DNA of 64,000 bases from an uncultured delta proteobacterium. GTDB taxonomy: Bacteria > Desulfobacterota > Binatia > UBA9968. The notes under the pieces were generated by a model. That model made no database searches. It saw nothing but the letters and a program-made list of their open reading frames with translations, and was not told the origin of the DNA. The translations under genes and the position numbers were made by a program. Below are positions 19,637-29,262 of the stretch, piece by piece. How positions within the stretch are numbered: the stretch's first letter is position 1; each line of letters starts with the position of its first letter. The stretch is taken from positions 32,001 to 96,000 of the forward strand of contig CAWFJP010000018.1 of NCBI GenBank assembly GCA_963816145.1, read 5' to 3'.

Positions 19637-20959
19637 TTATAACCAAGCTCCGAAACGACCGACCAGGTACTCATCCAATCGCTGGCGTAAGTTTTCGATG
19701 CCCAGCCGCCGTACCACATCGCTGGCAAAGGCAAAGCTCAACAAACTGCGCGCCGCCGCTACATTCAAACCGCGCGAACGGAGATAAAAGATCGCGTCGG
19801 CGTCGAGCTGGCCGATGGTCGAGCCATGGCTGCACTTGACGTCGTCGGCATAAATTTCCAACTGCGGTTTGGTGTCGATCACCGCGCTATCGGACAGCAA
19901 TAAGTTCTTGTTGGTCTGGCGCGCATCCGACTTCTGGGCGTCCTTGTGAACGACGATCTTGCCGTTAAAGACGCCATGGGCCGAGCCGCCGAGCAAACCT
20001 TTGTACAATTCCAAACTCGTTGCCTTCGGGCTGACATGCTCGATCAACGTGTAATTGTCGACATGCTGCTTGCCATCGGCGAGGTAGAGCCCGTTGAGGA
20101 CGCACTCGGCGCCCTCGCCGTTCAGCAGCACCCGCACATTATTGCGCACCAGCGCGCCGCTCAAGGTCACCGCATGCGCCGACAAATGACAACCGCGCGC
20201 CAGATTCGCTTCTAAAGCGCCGACATGAAAGCCGTTGTCGCTCTCTTGTTGCAAGCGGAAGTGCTCGACCACCGAGTCCGCGCCGCCGACCAGTTCAGTT
20301 ACGGCATTGCAGAAATAAGCCTTGCCGCCCACGCCCAAATAGTTCTCGACGATCTTCGCCTCGCTGCCGGCGCCAAGCAAAAGCAAGATGCGCGGGTGCG
20401 AAATCACCGGCTCGATTGTCGAAGTAGAAACGAACAGCAGATAGATCGGCCTTTCAAGCCGGCAGTCCTGCGCCAGCGCAACCACCGCGCCATCGCCAAG
20501 AAACGCGGTATTGAGTGCAACGAAATGCTGCCGCTCGGCGCTGGCGTGCCGGCCCAGCTCATGAGCGACGAGCCCGTCGTCCTGCTTGATGAAATCCGCC
20601 AATGACCCCAAGCGCAGCCCCGGCGGCAGATCGGTCGTGCTTGAAAGCGCCGGTACATAAACGCCGTTTACGAACACCAACCGAGGCGCATCAGTTTCGA
20701 TCAGCGCTCGAGACAGAAGCCCAGCGCTGCTCACCGATTGAACTTCGCCGTTGGGCTGGACGTACGACTGCGCCGCAATCGGCTCGATGTTGGTATATTT
20801 CCAGTCTTCGTTTTTCAGTGTCGGAAAGCCGAGCCCATCGAAACTGGCGATTCCCGCCTGGCGTAATTGCTCAAGCCACGCTGGACCGGAGAATGCGCCG
20901 GCAGCGCGCATTTGTTTGAACGCGGCCAGGTACGGTTCTTTGCTTACGCTAGTGAGCAT
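19637..20959 (-). CDS. sufD: Fe-S assembly protein SufD
   Basis: EDWKYT, VFNGKI, KPQLEIYADDVKCSHG, FYLRSRG. Confidence 0.94.
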   Translation of the reverse strand: MLTSVSKEPYLAAFKQMRAAGAFSGPAWLEQLRQAGIASFDGLGFPTLKNEDWKYTNIEPIAAQSYVQPNGEVQSVSSAGLLSRALIETDAPRLVFVNGVYVPALSSTTDLPPGLRLGSLADFIKQDDGLVAHELGRHASAERQHFVALNTAFLGDGAVVALAQDCRLERPIYLLFVSTSTIEPVISHPRILLLLGAGSEAKIVENYLGVGGKAYFCNAVTELVGGADSVVEHFRLQQESDNGFHVGALEANLARGCHLSAHAVTLSGALVRNNVRVLLNGEGAECVLNGLYLADGKQHVDNYTLIEHVSPKATSLELYKGLLGGSAHGVFNGKIVVHKDAQKSDARQTNKNLLLSDSAVIDTKPQLEIYADDVKCSHGSTIGQLDADAIFYLRSRGLNVAAARSLLSFAFASDVVRRLGIENLRQRLDEYLVGRFGAWL

Positions 20960-20983
20960 GAGTCTGTGAAAAGTCCTTGTGAA

Positions 20984-21742
20984 TTATTGCGCCGCGGCGA
21001 CTTCGCTCTTGATCCAGTCGTAACCTTTGCGCTCGAGTTCCAGCGCTAGCTCTTTGGCGCCCGACTTGACGATCCGGCCGTTGTAGAGGACATGAATGAA
21101 GTCCGGCACGATGTAATCGAGCAGCCGCTGGTAGTGCGTGATCACGATCATCGCCCGGCTCGGGCTGCGCAGCGCGTTGACGCCGCCGGCGATGACCCGC
21201 AGCGCGTCGATATCGAGTCCCGAATCGGTTTCGTCGAGTATCGCTAGCGTCGGTTCGAGCACCGCCATCTGGAGGATTTCATTGCGCTTCTTCTCACCGC
21301 CGGAAAAACCTTCGTTAAGCGGCCGATTGAGCAGCGTTTGGCTCATCTGCACCAAACTCAGCTTATCTTTAATTAGGGCGAGAAATTCCATGGCGTCGAG
21401 CTCGTCGAGGCCGCGGTGCTTACGCACGGCATTGAGCGCCGCCTTGAGAAAGTAAGTCGTGCTGACGCCGGGGATTTCGATGGGATATTGAAACGCCAAA
21501 AAGATCCCTTCACGCGCCCGGATCTCCGGCGCCATGGCCAACAGATCTTTACCCTGATAGGTGACCGAGCCGCCGGTAACTTGGTAGTTTTCCCGTCCCG
21601 ATAAAACATGGGCCAACGTACTCTTGCCCGAAGCGTTGGGCCCCATAATCGCGTGCACCTCGCCGGCGCCGACATGCAGGTCAATGCCGCGAAGGATTTC
21701 CTTGTCACCGACTTTGGCCCGGAGATTTTTGATATCTAACAT
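20984..21742 (-). CDS. sufC: Fe-S assembly ATPase SufC
   Basis: MGPNASGKST, FQYPIEIPG, FSGGEKKRNE, DETDSGLD, ITHY. Confidence 0.97.
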   Translation of the reverse strand: MLDIKNLRAKVGDKEILRGIDLHVGAGEVHAIMGPNASGKSTLAHVLSGRENYQVTGGSVTYQGKDLLAMAPEIRAREGIFLAFQYPIEIPGVSTTYFLKAALNAVRKHRGLDELDAMEFLALIKDKLSLVQMSQTLLNRPLNEGFSGGEKKRNEILQMAVLEPTLAILDETDSGLDIDALRVIAGGVNALRSPSRAMIVITHYQRLLDYIVPDFIHVLYNGRIVKSGAKELALELERKGYDWIKSEVAAAQ

Positions 21743-21766
21743 CCGCTATCCTTCCAATTCACCCAA

Positions 21767-22219
21767 CTAACCGGCTCGTTGCACCGGCGTTTTGATCATC
21801 CGCCCCTTCATGCCCTGGCGGTCGGCGATATCCGCGATGCTGACGCCAGCGAGAAAGTTGGCAAGCACCGACTGCGCCTCTTCCCAGACCGATTTCTGGG
21901 TGCAGACCGCGCAGAACGAACAGTAACTCGCGCCCTGTTCGAGACATTCCATCAAAACCAACGGTCGCTCGACCGTTTCGTAAATATCTTTTATGGTAAT
22001 CGCCCCAGCCTTTTTCGCCAGAGTGAATCCACCCTTTGACCCAATATGCGACTGCACCAAGCCGCCGGCGACCAAATCCTTCATGATTTTGGAAAGATAA
22101 AAGGATGGAATGTCTTGGCTCTTTTCGATATCTGCCCGGCTGACTATCACCCCTATTGGCTGCCCCGCCAGATAAGACAACGCCCGCACCGCGTAATCGA
22201 CCCGCCGTCCGACGTTCAT
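21767..22219 (-). CDS. Rrf2-family transcriptional regulator (IscR/SufR-like, Cys-rich)
   Basis: DYAVRAL, GSKGGFTL, CLEQGASYCSFCAVC; an alternative GTG start lies at 22258. Confidence 0.92.
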   Translation of the reverse strand: MNVGRRVDYAVRALSYLAGQPIGVIVSRADIEKSQDIPSFYLSKIMKDLVAGGLVQSHIGSKGGFTLAKKAGAITIKDIYETVERPLVLMECLEQGASYCSFCAVCTQKSVWEEAQSVLANFLAGVSIADIADRQGMKGRMIKTPVQRAG

Positions 22220-22265
22220 CAACGAACTGCGTTCGCTTTTCGTCTTGCCGCGTTTCACGTTTTTA

Positions 22266-22295
22266 AATATAGACTCGTTAGGTCTACTATGTCAA
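22266..22295 (-). promoter_or_regulatory. Sigma70-type promoter of the rrf2-suf operon overlapping an IscR type-1-like palindrome
   Basis: Minus strand reads TTGACA-N18-TATATT, overlapped by ATAGTAGAC-N7-GTCTATATT. Confidence 0.7.
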
Positions 22296-22508
22296 GGTTG
22301 GTCGCCCGGCGTTGCTCGCAATGATGATTGCATGTCAATGCCGGACCGTGACAGCAACACCCGCAGAGCAGCAATCGCTTGGCGCGACTGTGAAAAAGCC
22401 ACTAAATTCAAACCTCCACCCGGCTTGAAAACTTGACGCTATCGGACCGCTTGGAGTAATGTCAGCAAGTTTGTCGAGTTATAGCCTCAAAACTCAGAGG
22501 ACTTTGGA

Positions 22509-23201
22509 ATGGCACGCTGGATTCGCACATCAGCTCAGGTCCTATTTTTAGCGCTGTCGACCATTGCCGACCTGCATGCCGGTTTGATCGTAGGTGAGGT
22601 CAAGTTTACGGAAGCGCCGCCGAGACTCCCAGTTATCAAAGTCACCAAGGACCAAGATTACTGCGGTGAGACGTTGCCTAACGAGACGTATTTGATCGAT
22701 TCAAACGGCGGGCTCAAGAATGTCGTAGTTTTCGTCGAGTCTGCGCCGATGGGAAAAGCGGCCAATCTGCAAAAAGAAAACTTTCTCTACAACGACGGTT
22801 GCCGTTACGCCCCGCGCATTTCAGCGATCCAGCGGGGCGAGAAGTTAAAACTCAAGAGTCATGACCCCAAGCTTCACATCCCCCATGGCTATCGCGGCGA
22901 CAGAACGGTCTTTAATTTGTCCTTGCCGTTCAAGAACACAACTATCGAAGCGACCTCGCGGATCAGAGAACCGGGTATGCTGAAAGTCGTCTGCGATACA
23001 CATGCCTGGATGCTCGGGTTCATCCATGTTTTCGATCACCCATATTTTGCGGTGACCAATGAGCAGGGGGCGTTTTCGATTCCAGATCTGCCGGCCGGGA
23101 ATTATGTCCTAAAAGCTTGGCATGAAGACGGCGGGACAAAGAGCCAGGAGATTACCGTCCCCGAGAGTGGAGAGACACGTATAGTGTTCGAGTTTAACTA
23201 G
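22509..23201 (+). CDS. Exported cupredoxin-like / carboxypeptidase-regulatory-like domain protein
   Basis: Signal peptide, GLKNVVVF, HIPH, CDTHAWM, HPYFAVT, LPAGNY..AWHE. Confidence 0.75.
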   Translation: MARWIRTSAQVLFLALSTIADLHAGLIVGEVKFTEAPPRLPVIKVTKDQDYCGETLPNETYLIDSNGGLKNVVVFVESAPMGKAANLQKENFLYNDGCRYAPRISAIQRGEKLKLKSHDPKLHIPHGYRGDRTVFNLSLPFKNTTIEATSRIREPGMLKVVCDTHAWMLGFIHVFDHPYFAVTNEQGAFSIPDLPAGNYVLKAWHEDGGTKSQEITVPESGETRIVFEFN

Positions 23202-23312
23202 ATGCCACCAAGCGAAACCGGGCGGTTTGCAACTCTCAGCGTCCCCACCCAACATTGTCCGTCAAAAGGGGGCAGCTCATTGAGAACGGAACTTCTCAAA
23301 CCGGGGGGCGAT

Positions 23313-23816
23313 ATGTTTCCTCACTTACAATCCTTCAATCTACAAAAATGGATCGACGACAACCGCGGCGATTGGGGGCAGCGGCGGGTGATTTGGCAGG
23401 ACTCCGATTTCATCGCCTTCGTCACACGCGGCCCGAACCGGCGCAAGGATTATCACATCAATCCCGGGGACGAGATATTTTACCAGCTTGAAGGCGATCT
23501 CAACCTGCACTACTTGAAGGATGACAAGCATGAGCTGGCGGTGCTCAAGTCGGGGGATGTTTTTCTCATGCCGAAAAACACGCCGCACTCGCCGCGCCGT
23601 GCCGATGGTTCGTGGACCTATGTGGTGGAGAAAACCCGTTCGAAAGACGAAACCGACCGCTTCATTTGGCCCTGTGAAAAGTGCGGCACCAACCTTTACG
23701 CCACCGACGTGCGCTTCGATGATCCCGGCGATGCGGTCAACAAAGCCACCGCGGCGCTCAAAGCCGATCCAAAACTGGCGACCTGCAAAAAATGCGGCGC
23801 GGTGCTGGATGTTTGA
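23313..23816 (+). CDS. 3-hydroxyanthranilate 3,4-dioxygenase-like protein
   Basis: FNLQKWID, GPNRRKDYHIN..DEIFYQLEG, PHSPRR, rubredoxin-like CEKC and CKKC. Confidence 0.88.
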   Translation: MFPHLQSFNLQKWIDDNRGDWGQRRVIWQDSDFIAFVTRGPNRRKDYHINPGDEIFYQLEGDLNLHYLKDDKHELAVLKSGDVFLMPKNTPHSPRRADGSWTYVVEKTRSKDETDRFIWPCEKCGTNLYATDVRFDDPGDAVNKATAALKADPKLATCKKCGAVLDV

Positions 23817-23850
23817 AATAGCGAAGATAACCGTGAGGAGTTTTCTGATT

Positions 23851-23936
23851 CCGTCATTGCGGTGAAAACCGGAATCCATCCAGTTCGACGGACTAAGCAG
23901 CCTGGATTGGCGCTAAAAACATGCGGGAATGACGAG
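23851..23936. repeat. Degenerate REP-like palindromic element
   Basis: cGTCATTgcgg..GGAATCCA ... TGGATTgg..gcggGAATGACg inverted halves between convergent genes. Confidence 0.6.
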
Positions 23937-23985
23937 CGAATTGAAATGCAGGTGATTCTTTAGATTAGCTAACATTTTACTTGAG

Positions 23986-24495
23986 TTAACCTTTTTCTTT
24001 CAACGCCCGCCAAATCTTGGGCGGCGTGAGCGGCAGGTCCTGAATGCGCACGCCGACGGCGCGGGAAACCGCGTTGGCGATCGCCGACGCCACCGGCAAC
24101 AAGCCGCCCTCACCTATTCCTTTAGATCCGAATGGTCCTGGTCCGTTGCCGTTTTCGATCAGAATCGTGTGCAGACGATCCGGCAGGTCCTCGAACGTCG
24201 GCACACGGTAGTCGACCATGTTGCCGTTGAGCAACTGTCCCTCTTCATAGATCATCTCTTCCATCAATGTATGACCGATGCCGAACATCACCGCGCCCTC
24301 GTCTTGACCGACGCACTGCTCGGGGTTGATCGCCTTGCCGGCGTCGCAGGCAGAGACGTAATTGAGTAGATGAACGTTGCCGGTATCGGGATCGACTTCG
24401 ACCTCGACGCCGCCCCAACCGACTTCCCAAAAGTCGTGGTCGAGCCCAGCACCGCCTTGGCGCTGCGCTTGTCTTTGTAGAGTCCCTTGCCAAGG
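23986..24495 (-). pseudogene. C-terminal fragment of a xanthine dehydrogenase-family molybdopterin subunit
   Basis: WEVGWGGVEVEVDPDTG..DAGKAINP..DYRVPT..GPFGSKGIGE; about 170 codons remain, with a 1-nt deletion at the A4 run near 24430. Confidence 0.85.
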
Positions 24496-24989
24496 TTCGA
24501 GCGTTCAACGACAGATTCGGGCCGGATAAAGACAGAGGATTCTGAAAAGGATAACGGCGCGATATCGTGATCGTGCGGGGAGTGCGCCGTATTCGTGCTC
24601 GTGGAGCGGACTAGATGGTTTCCGATGGAGGGTTCTCGGCCTTACTTTTGCCAATGTATCCGGCTTAAGGCCGACTGTTCCAACGACTCGCCAGGCCGTG
24701 CATTCGTAGATGTGACGATATTTTTTGCGGCTCATATAACCGACCCTGGAGCTGATAATTTTCCGCTCGATCTGGCCTTTGCCGTCCCGCTGCAGGCGTC
24801 CGGCCTGACGCGATGCATACGCGCACTCGTTCTGGGATACGCTCCGTGATGAGGTCTCGAACAAAGCGATCGATATGGTTCGCCAAGGTTTCTTTGGCGC
24901 CGCCACGCTAACGATAGCCGGGCTGAAATCCCCGGGATCATCGACAAACTCGAGGTTTCCGACTAACGTTTCATCTTGCGAGGGTCAAA

Positions 24990-25631
24990 ATGAACTCGAT
25001 CCGCGGTTATCTATGGCTGGTGCTGGCTGGCGTTAATTTGGCCTGTGCCAGTTTCCAAGTGGGCGGCGAGGTTAACGCCGGGAGACAAGCGTTTCTCGTC
25101 GGCAACTACGACACGGCCCTGGTCTACTTTCAAAGCGCCGCGGCGAAAGATCCAAACTACATTTACGGCACGGCGCTCAGAGAAGGTATCTGGAGTTACG
25201 TCGGCAGAGCCGAGTACGCGAACTCCCGCCTTCCCCAAGCCAAGCAAGCCTTGGAACGAGCGCTCGCCGCGAACCCAGACGAACCTATCGCCAGACTTTA
25301 CCTGGGCTTGACAATCGCGCGCAGCGGCGATCGGCAACTGAGTCTCAAAGAAATCGAGGCTGGTCTGCAAGGGATTTTCACTTGGCTTGAATACGTCACA
25401 CAAACTTTCCGATTCTCCTTCGGACAGTATTGGGATCCGACCGGCGCGATTCGCGCGGCAATCCGACGCGAACTGGAGACCCTTGCAAGTCGTGAGTTTG
25501 ATTGGCCAACGCTGATCGCTGACTGTGAATGGATCGGCAAACAGATCGAAGCGGAAGGCGATCGAGCGCGCAGTGATGAATCGCGGCAATGGAATCGAGA
25601 AGGCGGCGACGGACGCGGAGGTCGGCGATAA
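24990..25631 (+). CDS. TPR-containing putative lipoprotein
   Basis: Lipobox-like NLAC; TPR-like helices (AKQALERALAANPDEPIARLYLG). Confidence 0.75.
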   Translation: MNSIRGYLWLVLAGVNLACASFQVGGEVNAGRQAFLVGNYDTALVYFQSAAAKDPNYIYGTALREGIWSYVGRAEYANSRLPQAKQALERALAANPDEPIARLYLGLTIARSGDRQLSLKEIEAGLQGIFTWLEYVTQTFRFSFGQYWDPTGAIRAAIRRELETLASREFDWPTLIADCEWIGKQIEAEGDRARSDESRQWNREGGDGRGGRR

Positions 25632-26145
25632 CCCAGCCTAGTCAATTGATTCCTGCAACGTCAATGTCAGCAGACATGCGGCGGGTTTTCGTCTGGGGTT
25701 AAGCACCGGTCGGACCCTGCGATGTCTCCAATCCCTGCAAGTCGATCACCGCATGCCGCTTGGGCGGTTGATCAATCTCACGGTAACCGCTGGCGCCCAC
25801 TTATCCGGTTAGTTGACCGCACCAGCGCGAACCCCATTTAAGTCAGTGTACACCAGATAGCGGTGCGCGATATGCCAGACTTGACCGGGCATAAAATGGC
25901 AATTGGCGCGCGGCATTACTTCACTTCACCTTCGAGCAGCCGTTTCACGGCGAAAACTATCGCTAAGCCTGTCAGCCACGCTATTTAGGCAATCTTCCAT
26001 CTCTGACTCAATAGATTTTCCCGGTCCGACCCGGGGGAACTTGACCAAAAGCACCAAGAGTGCACGCACCGACCGGCAACCCATGTGATATGATGTTTGC
26101 GAACGACTAGAGCGGCCGCGGTCTACAGAGAAAGGTATAATCCTT

Positions 26146-27552
26146 ATGAGCAACGAATCCTTTCGTATAGAGCAGGACAGCCTCGGCGAAGTCCGTGTGC
26201 CAACGAATGCGCTGTACATGGCGCAGACACAGAGGGCCGTCGAAAATTTTCCGATTAGCGGGCTGCGCTTCAGCCGCACATTTATTCGCGCACTCGGGGT
26301 CATTAAATCGGCTGCGGCGGCAGTGAACCGAGAGTTGGGATTGCTCGACGCGGCGATGGCATCAGCGATTGAAACGGCAGCGGCAGAAGTTGCCGAAGGG
26401 CAGCATGACGCGCAATTCCCCGTCGACATTTTTCAAACCGGCTCGGGCACTTCGACAAACATGAACGCCAATGAAGTCATCGCCAGTCGTGCTCGACAGA
26501 TCGCTGACGGTCGAATTGTTCATGCCAATGACCATGTAAACATGTGCCAGTCGTCGAACGATGTGTTTCCTTCGGCGATCCACATCGCGGCCGTGATGGA
26601 ATTGCAGGAGCGGTTGCTGCCGGCACTCCGGGAGTTACACGGCGAGCTATTGCGCAAAGCACGGGATCATGACGACGTCATCAAGACTGGCCGGACCCAC
26701 TTGATGGACGCGATGCCGGTTCGATTGAGCCAACAAATCGGCGGTTGGGCGACACAGATCCGCCAGGCCACGGATCGCCTGGCCGCTACGCTGCCACGTC
26801 TAAGCGAACTTGCGCTCGGCGGCACAGCGGTCGGCACCGGCATCAACGCCCACCCTGAGTTTGGCGAGCGAGTGGCCGGTCGAATCTCGCTCATAACGGG
26901 ATTTGCGTTCGTTGAAAGCGCAAATCACTTCGCAGCGCAATCCACGCAAGACAGCGTCGTCGAGCTGAGCGGTCAGTTGAAAACCTTGGCGGTCGCGTTA
27001 ATGAAAATTGCCAATGATCTGCGTTGGATGAACTCCGGACCGCAGGCAGGGCTCGGGGAAATTGTTCTGCCAGCGTTGCAGCCGGGTAGCTCAATCATGC
27101 CGGGCAAGATCAACCCGGTAATCCCTGAGTCGGTCATGATGGTTGCGGCTCAGGTCATCGGCAACGACGCGACCATCGCCGTGGCGGCGAGCCACGGCAA
27201 TTTTGAACTGCTAACGATGTTGCCTGTGATAGCGCATAACCTGCTGCAAAGCCTCCAAATCCTGGCCAACGCCAGCCGCCTATTGGCCGATAAAGCAGTA
27301 GCTGGGTTGACTGTGAATCGATCCGCAATCGCCGCACGGCTCGAAATGAATCCGATCCTGGTGACTGCGCTGAACCCCATCATCGGCTATGATCGAGCCG
27401 CACTCATCGCCAAACAAGCCTACGCCCAAGGACGACGGATAAGAGATGTAGCGGCGGAGACTACAACGCTCTCAGGGCAAGAACTCGACCGGTTACTGGA
27501 CCCGGGCGAGCTGACGCGGGGTGGCATCAAAGGTGGGTTAACTAGCGGGTGA
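26146..27552 (+). CDS. fumC: Class II fumarate hydratase
   Basis: QTGSGTSTNMNANEVI, GRTHLMDA, GSSIMPGKINP. Confidence 0.95.
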   Translation: MSNESFRIEQDSLGEVRVPTNALYMAQTQRAVENFPISGLRFSRTFIRALGVIKSAAAAVNRELGLLDAAMASAIETAAAEVAEGQHDAQFPVDIFQTGSGTSTNMNANEVIASRARQIADGRIVHANDHVNMCQSSNDVFPSAIHIAAVMELQERLLPALRELHGELLRKARDHDDVIKTGRTHLMDAMPVRLSQQIGGWATQIRQATDRLAATLPRLSELALGGTAVGTGINAHPEFGERVAGRISLITGFAFVESANHFAAQSTQDSVVELSGQLKTLAVALMKIANDLRWMNSGPQAGLGEIVLPALQPGSSIMPGKINPVIPESVMMVAAQVIGNDATIAVAASHGNFELLTMLPVIAHNLLQSLQILANASRLLADKAVAGLTVNRSAIAARLEMNPILVTALNPIIGYDRAALIAKQAYAQGRRIRDVAAETTTLSGQELDRLLDPGELTRGGIKGGLTSG

Positions 27553-27695
27553 CGTAAGTTCGCTGCTTGTAGCGCATATGTCCTGCGAAGCGCTGCGAAG
27601 CACGGGTCGGACCATGCATGTCTCGGGAATCTCGTTCAATTCCCCCCACGCAATGGTGTTTCCCGAGCTTAGAGCTGCTTATTCGAGCGCGTTTT

Positions 27696-27765
27696 CTGCC
27701 CCGTAATCGTTGCTCCGTTCCCGCAGTACCTGTCTGGCACATCACGCACCGTTGCGATCAGAAAG
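27696..27765 (+). pseudogene. Short N-terminal remnant resembling a REP-associated tyrosine transposase (RAYT)
   Basis: PRNRCSVPAVPVWHITHRCDQK resembles the Y1/RAYT N-terminal WHITHRC motif; no continuation. Confidence 0.45.
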
Positions 27766-27829
27766 GACAGATTCGGGGGAAGACGTGGCGCAGCATGCTT
27801 ACGATGCGCCTTCCTAGATGAGCGAAGCC

Positions 27830-28018
27830 ACCGGCTGATTTATTGCTCCGAAATTTTGGCCAGTTTGGTGAGATCGGTTTGAGATCGAGCCGCATTTTCG
27901 CGCAGCGCGCGTTTTCTAGGCCCATGTCCCAGGCTTGGCCGGTGATTTTGTAACCCGCAGCAAAGGCAGCTCCCTTTAACTGTTGATCGAGGTAACAGTC
28001 GAAATTGGATTTTGTCAT
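27830..28018 (-). pseudogene. Degraded XRE-family HTH (HigA-like antitoxin)
   Basis: MTKSNFDCYLDQQLK..AWDM, then in a shifted frame ALRENAARSQTDLTKLAKISEQ*ISR (frameshift plus stop). Confidence 0.65.
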
Positions 28019-28176
28019 GGTTCAGCTCATTTGCGCCAGTGATCCAGTTCCGGACTTGCCTGGATACCCTCTGGAACGACGGACTCGAGAATGGAAATTA
28101 GGAGGACGGTGCCGGGCTCAGACATGAAGACCTTACGCAGTTGTTGATTTTGATGACCGCCAAAATGGTCGTCGAA

Positions 28177-29199
28177 TTATTTGAGAATATCTTTCAGCTT
28201 CGCCACCAAGCTGGGCTCCAGCTGCAAGACGCCCTGCACGCTTTTGGCCAGCTCTTCGCCGTTGACCGGGTTGATCTCGATGTTGCCCTTTTTCGCTTCG
28301 GCGACGAAATCGGCATCGCTGAGAGTGTCCATGAAAGCTTTACGGAGAATCTGCACGCGCTCTTGCGGCGTGTTCGGTGGCAAGACAAACGGCCGCACCG
28401 AGGCGCCGTGGACTTGGGCGACGGCTTGGAAGATCTTCCGCCCCTCGTCGGTTTTGATCAGGTCGCCGGGGAGCGGATATTTGGTCAGCTCCGGATGGGA
28501 CTTGGTTGCCAACTGGACGAGGATGTTGAGCATGCCGCTATCGAGTTCGTTGCGCCAAGTGGACCGGGTCGACTGCCAGGAGTTGGTGATGCCGAGGATC
28601 TCGCCGTTGTTGAAGGCCAAGCGGATGTCGGCGGTGCCTTTGTAGCCGGCGACGAGTTGGATCGGCAGACCCATGACGTCGCGCGCTACCGCGGTCAGAT
28701 CGTCGGTGCCGGCGCCGAAACCCGCGCCGCCGAACTTCACCATCGTCTTCGCTGCAATCCACTGCTGCAAGCTGGTGAAGCCGGTGTTCTTATGCAAGCC
28801 CATGATAAAGTTGTCCTGCGCCGGCGCGCCGATATATTCGAACTTGCGGGCGTCGAATTCGATGCCCGGCTTGCCGAGGATCTGCTGCAAGAACAAGCCG
28901 CCGATAAAATGACCGATGGTCAGACCGTCAGGCTTGGCGACGCGAAAAATATGATTCGCCGAGATCATGCTTCCGGCGCCGCTCATATTGTCGACAACCA
29001 CGGTCGGATTACCGGCGACATACTTGCCCATATGGCGGGCGATCAATCGGGCATAGGTATCGTAGCCGCCGCCCGGCGGGAAGCCGACGATGACACGGAC
29101 AATCTTGCCGCGATAAAACTGATCCTGCGCCGACGCCGGCGCGCCCTTAATCAATAATCCGGCAAATACCAAACCGATGACAAATAGTTTCCTGATCAC
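28177..29199 (-). CDS. Tripartite tricarboxylate transporter substrate-binding protein (TctC/Bug)
   Basis: IVGFPPGGGYD, NMSGAGS, KPDGLTIG, GYKGT; signal peptide. Confidence 0.9.
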   Translation of the reverse strand: MIRKLFVIGLVFAGLLIKGAPASAQDQFYRGKIVRVIVGFPPGGGYDTYARLIARHMGKYVAGNPTVVVDNMSGAGSMISANHIFRVAKPDGLTIGHFIGGLFLQQILGKPGIEFDARKFEYIGAPAQDNFIMGLHKNTGFTSLQQWIAAKTMVKFGGAGFGAGTDDLTAVARDVMGLPIQLVAGYKGTADIRLAFNNGEILGITNSWQSTRSTWRNELDSGMLNILVQLATKSHPELTKYPLPGDLIKTDEGRKIFQAVAQVHGASVRPFVLPPNTPQERVQILRKAFMDTLSDADFVAEAKKGNIEINPVNGEELAKSVQGVLQLEPSLVAKLKDILK

Positions 29200-29262
29200 C
29201 GCTTCGCTCTCCTGCTCCGTTCCGACCCGTGAACTTTTGAACCTTGAACGGTCGTGCCGTTT

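Noticed and set aside
24505-24960. Several overlapping short ORFs between the XDH fragment and the TPR lipoprotein
   Set aside because: No recognisable motif or convincing RBS; may be decayed coding DNA but I cannot assign it.
25632-26145. ~500-nt intergenic region upstream of fumC as a possible ncRNA or riboswitch
   Set aside because: No recognisable RNA motif, strong stem series or good promoter consensus found by eye.
28141-29157. 338-aa plus-strand ORF, and similar long antisense ORFs at 35624, 40809, 42503, 52758, 54150 and 59125
   Set aside because: Each lies opposite a well-supported gene and has no motifs; expected in GC-rich coding DNA.
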